In this document: positions 53,901 through 64,000 of the stretch, in pieces
Position numbering within the stretch: the first letter of the stretch is position 1
Layout of the letters: every line of letters begins with the position of its first letter
Assembly (NCBI RefSeq): GCF_000150275.1
Contig: NW_002060971.1
Location: 351,212-415,211, forward strand
From: Trichoplax adhaerens
Lineage: Eukaryota; Animalia; Placozoa
Direction of reading: 5' to 3'
Length of the DNA: 64,000 nucleotides
Notes under the pieces: model-generated
What the model was told of the DNA's origin: nothing
Database searches by the model: none
Seen by the model: only the letters and a program-made list of their open reading frames with translations
Translations under genes and position numbers: made by a program

Positions 53901-56062
53901 CACCCATGTCTGGACTTGATACGTGTAATATGGGCAAAATTGGATGGTTATGCATTCAATTGGAATTGTTGGAACTGGAGTCAATTTGGATCAGAATGAT
54001 TGAAAAGGATGAATACGTTGAGATCACTTCAACGCTAATTTTAGGGTACGAAACGAAGGGGTTGTAATCATTTCCATTTGTTGTCCAACTTTATCCACAG
54101 GATAGCCAATTAGGATAACGACCATAGTGTGATAAAGATACCGTAATGTCTATAACTTGCAATCCTTTCAGTATGTTGAAATAGCAATTGCCTGAACGGA
54201 AAAGTATTTATTTTTTTTCATGCAAAGGGTAGTGATAGTATCATCATGATGGGTTCGTCCGATAGGTACTTTGCGTACATTGTTGTTGAATAATTCTCTT
54301 ATTATATCGGCGACACTAATGACAACAACGCCATGATCAAACCAAGTCAAAAATACAACATCTACTTTAGCTGTTGTCCTATCATGAACGAAAGTGTTTA
54401 TCCACGATCGTCGATTGCCCTTCTTCCTGTTGATGATGGCATATATCATATAAAGACTCTTATAATATAGATCCAAATCAAACAGTTGTATGCATTTCTC
54501 TCCTAGTCGATCAGTTATCATTTGAGCATCCATAACGGTAATCATCATGACAAAGGAATAAGTTCTAAATTCATGCTTGAAAATGATGTAAAACTTTATC
54601 ATTGTTTTATCTTGTACAATTTATTATTATCGATGATAACGTTGGATAATACAGCACCACCATGATAAGGTATTTTGGACTTTTGAGTCATTGATATTGG
54701 AAAGTAAGTGGAGAAAAACGAGCTGTTATGATTGTCATCGATGTTCATTATTAGTGATCAATTTTTCTTCACATTGGCGGCGTTAATTACGACACGCAAT
54801 CAGTCAGAACATTAATAAGGAAATGACACAACAACATCATTCTGCTTTCATCGGATAGAATGTCCAGTATGATAGATGGCACTATCGATGAAAGCGATTG
54901 CTTATTAATTATCTCTTCTATGAAGACTTGCAAGCATATTCTACAAAAATGGTGTCGATCAAATTGGGTGAGGACTAGCCGTACACGATACAAGAAAGAA
55001 AGAGTTGATGGAGTCCAATTGTATGTGCTGTCACTGGAAATACTGTCAATAATGACCGTAATTATAAGAGAAGAAAAACTGTCCACCAAAAAAAAAAAAA
55101 TGAAAGTAATAAAAAGGGAATGAAGATCGCAACAGCCTCGTTAGTAAACTAATTCGGTCAAAGTCTGCAAGAGTTATCATCAACAGCACTACTGTACTAT
55201 CGAACTGGTCCGAATGTAGAGTAGTATCGTCAAAGGTTGTTGGATGAAAAATGTTCATGGTGTTCAGCAAGTTAATCTACAGATGCTAACGTTCAACGAC
55301 GCCATCTGTGTACACTGTTCAGTTATTAAGCAATCAGTCATTTACAACATGTCAGAGAGGTTGGCTTTTAAATGAAGAGAATAGGATACTCAACTTTGGA
55401 TGGTAAATAGTGTACATGAGTTGTCATTTGTGCTAGCAAGTTTGAAGAATGGCAATCATCTTGATGGAGCCACCGTAATAGCCACGATTAATTAAATTTA
55501 ATTGAGGGTGATTTGGGGCTGATATAGAAGTTTGCAGTCGTGGACAACTATCTTACGATTGGCTATGTCGATCAATCCTTAGCTGGCTCACTCAGTTAGT
55601 CAAGTCGTCTAATTCTTCGCTTGATGTCTATCGTATTTCAGCCGTTGATCGACAGTATTACAGTCTAACATTTATTTTTTTTTGGATTGATTAAAGGCTA
55701 GCTATCGGTTGTTTATAAAATTGTGCCCAACTGTCAATCTACTGTATACTATGTATCCAATCAGGTATGCGAGTGACTACGCTACAAGGCTATCGATATC
55801 GACTTGGACTTACTTCTTCTAACTCCAAAGATTCAGCTACTTTAGCCATGCAGTGATGACCAGTGGCATTATTCTCAATTTCGAATTTGCAAATTTCATC
55901 GTTTAACATATGAACATAAATGGCGAAATAATTCTCTTCAGGTGGATTAATGCTGTCACGTCGTCCATTGGCATCTGGAGGGCTGCAATTTTCACTGTCA
56001 TTTTTACGCCGTTGGCCAAAACGTCGTAAACTATTGCGGATATTAATCTTTTTAAAAGGCAT
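41972..56062 (-). CDS. PTPN14/PTPN21: FERM-domain non-receptor protein tyrosine phosphatase (PTPN14/PTPN21/Pez-like)
   Basis: Exon 1 (55814-56062) MPFKKINIR...[15 protein letters not shown] exons MEYFGL..., [12 protein letters not shown]..., GYGYEYF. Proline-rich linker at about 44018-44350. PTP domain [50 protein letters not shown]. Last exon [11 protein letters not shown] ends at 41972. Confidence 0.9.
48737..49229. repeat. Near-identical 161-bp tandem duplication plus a diverged upstream copy
   Basis: 48886-49046 is almost identical to 49047-49207, with a partial third copy to 49229. An older copy (ttagcggctaaa.gtgatc) starts at 48737. Confidence 0.9.
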
Positions 56063-56686
56063 GGCGTGGATACAATTGAATTGAAACGATCGTTGGATCT
56101 ACAACCTTGACAATTTACTTCATCAATGGACCCAATTGGTATCCAAAGCCAATGGATTCTTTCTTGCTGTTGATGATGGATTAATGTAATCAATGACTTG
56201 AATCTTTGTACCCTTGAAGGATAGCTCGGTCAAGTGATGTCTGGCTATAGCCGAGTAGAAGGTAATCGGCGTTGATTTACTGACTGAATAGCTATGACTA
56301 CCTTCAATAAGTCTGTTGGATTAGCAATGTTGGTTTATTGCATGTCTTCTCTTGCACATTGCAGATTGGTCATTTGCACAGCGGCAAGCTAGTCGAGAGA
56401 TTTGTTCAAGGTTACCTTAATAATAATAATAATAATAACAATTATGGATTGTAATCGATGGGCACTATCCTCCTGGCGTGGAAGTGTGTCGATGTCGCTA
56501 CTTGTACAAAGATGTGCCGATCGTCTACAACAAGCAAGAAATGAATTCAATCCACGGTTGAACAACTGGTGATGGAGCCAGTCCAAGATTGACAAGACTA
56601 TTACGGTTGGGGGTATTTGGATGCCAATGTTCCCATCTTGAAATTGGCAACATCAATAATTCATTCATGGCCAACAGCCAGTTAAG

Positions 56687-58080
56687 TACCCAAGGACTCT
56701 CTCTCTCTCTCTCTTGGGTTGATGGATGGCACTGAGTGTACTGTAGAGTACACAGTGTACAGTACCATGTGGTGTACTGTACACTGTGCACTGTCGAGGA
56801 GACTGCAGAGATAAGTCCGGTCCAGTTCGGTTCGGTTCGGTTCAGTCGAGCCAACGTATCGTTGTACTGTGTGTACTATGGTAGTGCCTGGAGGTTGTTG
56901 TGGTCTGGTCTGGTCAGGAAGCTGGACTAGACTATCAAGACCTCCACAACTGCTGTTTCATTATACTGTAGTACTGTACAGTACTGTAGTACCCAAGGAC
57001 TCTCTCTCTCTCTCCTTGGGTCGATGGATGGCACTGAGTGTAGAGTACGCAGTGTACAGTACCATGTGGTGTACTGTACACTGTGCACTGTCGAGGAGAC
57101 AGGTAGTGCCTAGAGGTTGTTGTGGTCTGGTCTGTTCAGGAAGCTGGACTAGACCATCAAGACCTCCACAACTGCTGTTTCAATACTGTACAGTACATGC
57201 TATGCAACTGTACAGTGTACAGTACTGTACACTGTACAGTATGGAGCATTTTACTACGTCCAGTACAGTACGGTTCGGTACGGTTCAGTAGAGCGAACGT
57301 CCAATAGTATCATTGTACTGTGTCAGGTCCAATTGTGTGTACTATGGTAGTGCCTGGAGGTTGTTGTGGTCTGGTCTCTGTACTAGTCTGACTCGCTGGT
57401 TATACAATACTGTACACGTACAGTATGCTGTATTGTACAGCCATATGGACAATATAGATAGATGTTAGATGTCTATACATATCCGTATCCATATCTACAT
57501 CGATATATATATGTCATATATGTCGCCTACAGCAGCAGTCCAACGTTAACATGCTGCACTCCATGGATACTGCACTGAACAGTGTACTGTTCAGAAGGTA
57601 CCGTTTGTTGGTGCCGTGTCAACTACGGAATGCAACGCAATGCGGATGCGCACTTCCGCTCCTGGCAGAATGCACCTGCGTATTTCTTTCATTCCCCAAA
57701 AGTGGGCAAACTACGTAACATGATACTATCCAGTACAGTACCAGTCCAATGCAGTACAGTATGTGAACACAGTACTGTACTGTACAGTACAGGGCATGGC
57801 GTTGATTGTGCACAGTACACTACTGTACACTGTACAGTATGCAAAATATGCGTACTACAGTGTACTGAATCATTCATGACTCCCGATGTTCTACTGGACC
57901 TACAATATTTCATAGTATTGGTATTGACGTAGTAGTCGTTTCTTTGCTACAACTGCAGTCGTAGTGACTTGCATACTGGACGGTACTACTACAGTCTACA
58001 GTCTACAGTATCTTACGCGCATACAATACTGTACTGTACTGTGTACTGTACAGCGTGTACCAGTTCTCCAGTACTGTAAT
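56687..58080. repeat. GTAC-palindrome-rich island with duplicated modules and (CT)n hairpins
   Basis: 56687-56803 is repeated at about 56988-57100. ggtagtgcct(g/a)gaggttgttgtggtctggtct occurs 3x (about 56880, 57102, 57347). (TCGGT)n cores at about 56827 and 57270. Dense tactgtacag words throughout. Confidence 0.88.
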
Positions 58081-58086
58081 CTGGAG

Positions 58087-58418
58087 TTGTTCATTTTTGC
58101 AACAAAATTCTTCTCATTTGATACGTGTTAAAAGTGGAAGGTCTGGTGGATCTGCTACCGATCATCCAAAAATGAAATAAAATCCACAAACTTGGAGCAT
58201 TCTTATTTCATTTGATAAAATCTGAGTTGAATTTCTACTTGCTGTTATCTGACTTGATTTGTTCATTTTTGCAGCAAAATTCTTCTCATTTGATACGTGT
58301 CAAAAGTGGAAGGTCTGGTGGATCTGCTACCAATCATCCAAAAATGAAAATAAAATCCACAAATTTTGAGCATTCTTATTTCATTTGATAAAATCCGAGT
58401 TGAATTTCTACTTGCTGT
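58087..58418. repeat. ~172-bp tandem duplication (2 copies)
   Basis: ttgttcatttttgca.caaaattcttctc...gttgaatttctacttgctgt at 58087 and 58259 with few mismatches. Confidence 0.92.
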
Positions 58419-59109
58419 GCTGTGCTGTGCTATACAGTGGACAATAAAATATGAAAATATGGTATTGTAATATTAAAAATTTCCATTCTATTTGAGACAC
58501 CGTTAGTATATACGTAATCTTAACAACTGCACAGTTGTAGTTTGCCTAGATTTTGGACATTGGACGTCAATTGCCTTTGGTCAAAAAATGGACTAAACTG
58601 ATCGATAGTTGTCTATAGACTACCAGCAGTAAAACGCTTTCATGGATAGCACATCTTCAATGAGAAGTGTAAATTACAAAGGAAAATCTCTTCAATCTTG
58701 CTACTAGTTTGACCAACATGCCTCCTATACAGTCAATTCCATGTTGGCATGGTCCAATGTCCATTATACGCTATAGTCAATGAATCCTATCAACTTGCGA
58801 CCCCCCACACAATATTTTCTCGTCTACTACATGCATAGTACTACATACTGTTGTGAACTATTTCATTTTTACTACACTGTGTTATATTCATGTTGTGGTA
58901 GTGATGGCTAAGGGAATGATAAACACTAGTCTTAAGCTATCATCATTTCGATGTAGGTCTTTATTGAGTGTAATTGTCTTGGTAATCCAGCAATTTGTAC
59001 TTGAATAGGATTGAATAAATAGTCAGTAGAGTATTTCAAAGGCTATGCAAGCTAAGCTTGGCGGAGAGAGAGAGGGAGCTAGGAAAATCAGAGTTATTGA
59101 TTGGACTTG

Positions 59110-59458
59110 ATCTTGCTACTCGTTAGTAATTTTGAATTTTTCCGAACTAATTCAATTGCATAGACCATATTGACGGATTGGCAAGTCTAGATATGATTAT
59201 GATTAATTACTCTATCTCAACAGTGCTGACCATCTTGTTACTCGTTAGTAATTTTAAATTTCTCCTAAAGAAATCAATTGGATAGACCATATTGACGGAT
59301 CGACAAGTCCGGATATGATTAATTACTCTATCTCAACAGTGCTGACTATCTTCTTACTCGTTCGTAATTTTGAATTTTTCCTAACTAAATCAATTGCATA
59401 GACCATATTGACAGATCGACAAGTCTGGATATGAATAATTACTCTATCTCAACAGTGT
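59110..59458. repeat. ~118-bp tandem repeat (3 copies)
   Basis: tactcgtt.gtaatttt...tagaccatattgac.gat...aattactctatctcaacagtg at about 59110, 59232 and 59349. Confidence 0.92.
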
Positions 59459-62045
59459 TGTACACACTCTAACTAGGAAACGAAAACGTAATAGCTATCT
59501 TGACTGAATCCAGTCGATAACATAGAATTCAAACAGGAAAGTCTCTTTGAACACGATGATCTATTTGTTTCCTTCCTCTACATGCGACCCTATGGCAAGC
59601 TGTTCACTGTATGCCAAAGTGTACATCGGTAATGTATGTGCCGTGATGGCTACCTAGTAGCCCTTGTATTTGACTCAAGGAATTGTTGCTGTTCCTACTA
59701 TTTGTGCAAAGAAATCTCAAATGACTCATCCTAAGATTATAATTATCACAGGCTGCTCAAATCGAATACGTTAATCACAACAGCAATAGGTCCGAACTTC
59801 TTAGTTATGCTTGCACTTTTGCTGAAATATTAACGACAAAGGCAAACGAACCTCTGACACCCCTAACAGTTGTATAGTAGGAGAAAGTAAAGTCTAGCGT
59901 ACAAGATAAATACGTAGGGAAACACTTTCTTCCATCTCTATAGGATAAAGAGGATCGATAGGGTAGTTTACTGCAAATTCGTTGATAGTAAGCAATTTCC
60001 CCTTCAGTAATTGCCTTACTTCCACGCCGTATGTACTGTACAAGTGTACATTCTGTAGACTATTGCATACTGATAATGCACAACACAGTAGCTTGATTAA
60101 TGAATTATTAGTTGGGCTGTACTGCATGTCAACGGCACTTTATAGCCAACATTAAGTTATCATAGTACTGAAGGAATCTTGTTACTAGTCTTAAAAGCAG
60201 AAATAGACAGTAACGCTAATCTCTTAACCTCGATTAACGCACAAATTATTATTGTAACTGTAAGGTGAACGCGTCAATGATGAGAATGATTACAACTAAA
60301 ACAAGCAAAATATCTACTGCGGACATTATTTCGGATCAATGATATTTTACTCTCAAGTTCAATATGGAAAATTCCAACATTTAGTTTCTCAATAAATTTT
60401 CAATTAAAGTTATGCTTACAATTATGGACAATGATTATCCGCCTTGCAACATAACACGATAAGAATTTGGGTAGCAAGATACGAGTATACGTATTCTCAT
60501 AGATGCGACCTTAGAAATAGTATTTCAATTATATAATGCATTCAAGCAATCTTCTATGCACTTAGATACCACCGGTTCATGACATATCTATAAAATCAAT
60601 ATGATCGTTCGAACGTGCCAAAAAAGCATTTTCAATCCATTAATTACAAACTCTACCACAGAATCTAATATATAGTCTAAAATGATAAGGATCTCTGCTA
60701 GTTCAATATCATCTATTTCGATCATGATCAGCTTCAAATTTGATTGACTGTGAGGAACAATTAATTTAGCAGGAATCGACAATTTTAACTAGCTTCTATT
60801 GAAAATCGATATGAAATTGTATTATACGAGCTATTAATTTCCCATATTAATAGCATCCATGATGTCTTTAATAAGGTATTTAAATCGAGAATTTATAATT
60901 GAAGATAGCAACTATAGCATCAGTTATCGCTGATAACAGGTCAATATTGAACACATGTAGAGGTATTCCTAATAATGAATATGAACATTACAGACAGATA
61001 TCATATCAACCACTTTAAACAAGACTAATATTTCTTGATAGATAATCTGATAGACATAGGTTAACAAACTAATCAATGGAAGTAATGATCATAATAATCA
61101 CCTTAAAGTCTAATCGTAATATATAACAATGACAAAGAAAGAGAGAGAGGAAGAATAGCAACACATCAAATCATTACATAATTGTAGCTTCAAAATTTGT
61201 ATTAATCTATTCTCAATGAACTTGCACATCATCGTTAAGATATCATTAATATGATAATCGAATAGTTATTGTCGAATTTCTTGATAATGATGGTATCTCC
61301 ATTAATTCTGAGCCATTCATCATCAGCTAATTTAATCCATTCTAAAACAATATTGCAACATCCAAGGAATGAGTTATGGATTAAAAGGGATTGAATCATG
61401 CACCAAAGCGAACAGCCAATTTTACGTATAGAGCTTAAACATAACTAGGGGTCAATCAATTGCTCTCGCAAGATATTTTCGTGAATGATAAGCAATTATA
61501 ATTATCAACGTTATTATAAATTAGTGATCTTAGTATAAGTAACACAAATATATAACGTAAGAATAGCTTGAAATAGAAATGGCAGCACCGGCAATGATTA
61601 TAACCAGACATCGGTATGAAGTAACAAATGAAAAGACGAAAAGACGATATCATTGAATTAGAATAATAAAGTGTAATAATTTTGATTGACATAATTCATT
61701 GGAATACTGCTAGTGCTAGCGATCAATTTTAGCCATCGATTTGATAATAGTCTAAAAAGCTTTCAAAAACGTCTTACTAGAGTTAAAATCATAACACCCA
61801 TTTTGATGTATAAGCGACTATAGAATAGAGCTAATGCATAGGTAGTAGTAGACTTGCAACATTGGAAATCGTTAGACAATAATTGATAAATAAGAACGGT
61901 TGCAATTAAAAATGCTATCGGGTAGTAATAAATAAATCTGTGGCGCTCATTTTTTTTTACAGACATAAAAATTATTATCATTTCTAGGTAGATTAGCCTA
62001 AATTCGTATTTTACATTAACTATTTCATTGCTAAATATTTTTAGG

Positions 62046-63243
62046 TTAACGTTGTTGATGCTGTTGCTGTTCTTGAAGGACATTTTGCTTGGCTAAAGCA
62101 TCATTTAATAACTTCTTTAAAGTCACAATTTCAGATTTTAATTTTAAATTGGCTTCAGCTAACATTTGACATTCTTGAGTAATTCTTGTTTCACGCTCTT
62201 TTCGAGCATCTCGTGATCGCTTAGCTGCTTTATTATTTTTAATCCTCCTTGCCCAGTATTTCGTATCTTTACAATTATCTGGAACTAAAGTTTTCTTAGC
62301 TCGTTTTAATTCCGGTGAATCTCTTGAATTTTCGTCGGTTGTTGCTGGACTGGCGTGTTGAATCATCGCAGAATGTTTATCGTGATCATGACTAAAGTAA
62401 GCTGTTAATAAGGTATCATCGGATTTATCCTCTTGCATGGATTGTTGTTGTTGTATTGGCTGAGCTGATAAAAGATCACTTTCAGCTTCAGAAAGAGTAA
62501 ATGTTGAAGTTGTAATCTGAAATAAAAAGTGTACATATAACTTAGTTAATCATAGACCAATTTTATAACAATAATCACATTTTATTATAAATAAATTAAT
62601 CCAATCGGTTCTATTTTTCTCTCTCTCTTACTCTTCTCTTTCTTAGTATTTATAATAAATTACTCACTTTTGTTTTAAAATGATGATTGTTGGCTAATGA
62701 TACATCTTTGTCTTTAGAGTTAGTTAATGTTACTGTTGAATGGTGATTTGGCTGTTGAGTTGATGGTTGTTGTTGGTGTTGCTGATGTTGTTGCTGCTGC
62801 AATAAATGATTTGATGTATTGGATAAAACAGTTGTTACTTGTAATGGTGAACGTCCACTTAAATCAAGTGAATGATGATATGGTGTAAATGATGAATAAT
62901 TCAAATTAGAATACGGTGATTTTGAATTGGAATCAACTGCAAAATGATTATAATTGGTTGTAGTATTAATCATATTTTGACTTTTATGCTCGTTTCTTCC
63001 TCTAGTGGTATGATTATTCCACATCCATAATCTTGTAGCATCATCGTAATTAACTTGATGTTGCAATTGTTGTCTTTGCTGATGATTTTGGCGTTGTTGT
63101 TGTCCTACCTGGAAACGCTTATTTTCTATATTGTTAATGATAAATTCACTAGTATCTTCAAGCAGTTCATCGCCAGTAAAAATAGATTCAACCGGTTTTA
63201 GGTAATGCTCTAATTCACCAAAATCTGCTTTTTCCGATTGCAT
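62046..63243 (-). CDS. PAR-bZIP transcription factor (TEF/HLF/DBP/PDP1 family), Q/H-rich N-terminus
   Basis: Exons 62668-63243 (MQSEKADFGELEHYL..., polyQ/H) and 62046-62516 joined in phase 0. Basic region KKTLVPDNCKDTKYWARRIKNNKAAKRSRDARKERE followed by a leucine zipper. Confidence 0.9.
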
Positions 63244-64000
63244 ATCAATGCAATACCATCGACTAAAAGGAAAGATATTAATTGATGATACGTTTAATTT
63301 GGGTACCTTATAATTATATTTATTCAAATTTTTTAAGTTAAAAAAAAGATATAAAATAAGGTTCAATTTTAAGGATGGATTTGGAACAAGGGAGTTAATC
63401 AAATATCAATGTGCGAATTTTGCTAATATTTGATCCTCATTATAACTTTAAGTGAAATCTAAGGACGGTTTAATTTTTTCATTGATATGAACGTAAGTAC
63501 GGTAATAATCCAACTTATTGATAGTAATGTAATATGTATTTTATAAGTCTTGATATTTGAAAACCTTAAAAATCTATAACGGAAATAGTACGTAATAAAT
63601 CGTATGCATTTGTTGCTTGAATTAAGAAAATTGTTAACGGCGCCATAAACGTTTTGAAACATATGTTCGAAAAGTTAAAATGTCAAAAAATATAAAGAAG
63701 CTACTGAAATTAGCTATACCTATCAACTTCATTTATTTTATTACAATGTATAGAAGTAATTTGATTGAAAAAAGTGAAAGTAAAAATCATATCTATGAAA
63801 TCATGTGAATATCTAATTCTAGTCAAATTCCATGTTATATCATAAACAGGAGGTATCAAAGTAATGCATTATGCAGTTTGGAAATAGACGATTTGAAATC
63901 AAAGTTGAATACTAGTTGCTGATAGTAGGTGATTGATAAAGTGAATGCTTACTTCCATGCAAGTACTGTTAAGATTAAACTAGACAGATACACTATAATA

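Noticed and set aside
56525-57932. ORFs of 60-140 aa rich in C/T/V/Y/S (also 8865-9116)
   Set aside because: Translations of the TACAG low-complexity repeat, not protein-like.

Overview
AT-rich, intron-dense eukaryotic DNA carrying animal-type genes. The short introns, base composition and gene set suggest an early-branching metazoan such as the placozoan Trichoplax (inference, not shown). I reconstructed six spliced genes by hand: (1) an unrecognised 355-aa disordered protein with a 3x 'KPxPRxYNIL(Y/F)H' repeat and an RFX X-box upstream (+, 2675-4794); (2) eIF3K (-, 5781 to about 7978), with a U12-type intron and a first exon probably running into the N gap; (3) a divergent tyrosine aminotransferase (+, 12917-16275); (4) a beta-heavy spectrin of about 3700 aa (+, 22615-39629) with an SH3 insert, a 7.3-kb exon and no detectable PH domain; (5) a FERM-PTP of the PTPN14/PTPN21/Pez class (-, 41972-56062) with an 8.2-kb first intron holding decayed coding-like sequence; (6) a PAR-bZIP factor (-, 62046-63243). 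Non-coding DNA holds two GTAC-palindrome-rich islands and several unrelated local tandem repeats. No tRNA, rRNA, CRISPR array or intact transposon was recognised. Exon coordinates were read by eye and may be off by a few bases.
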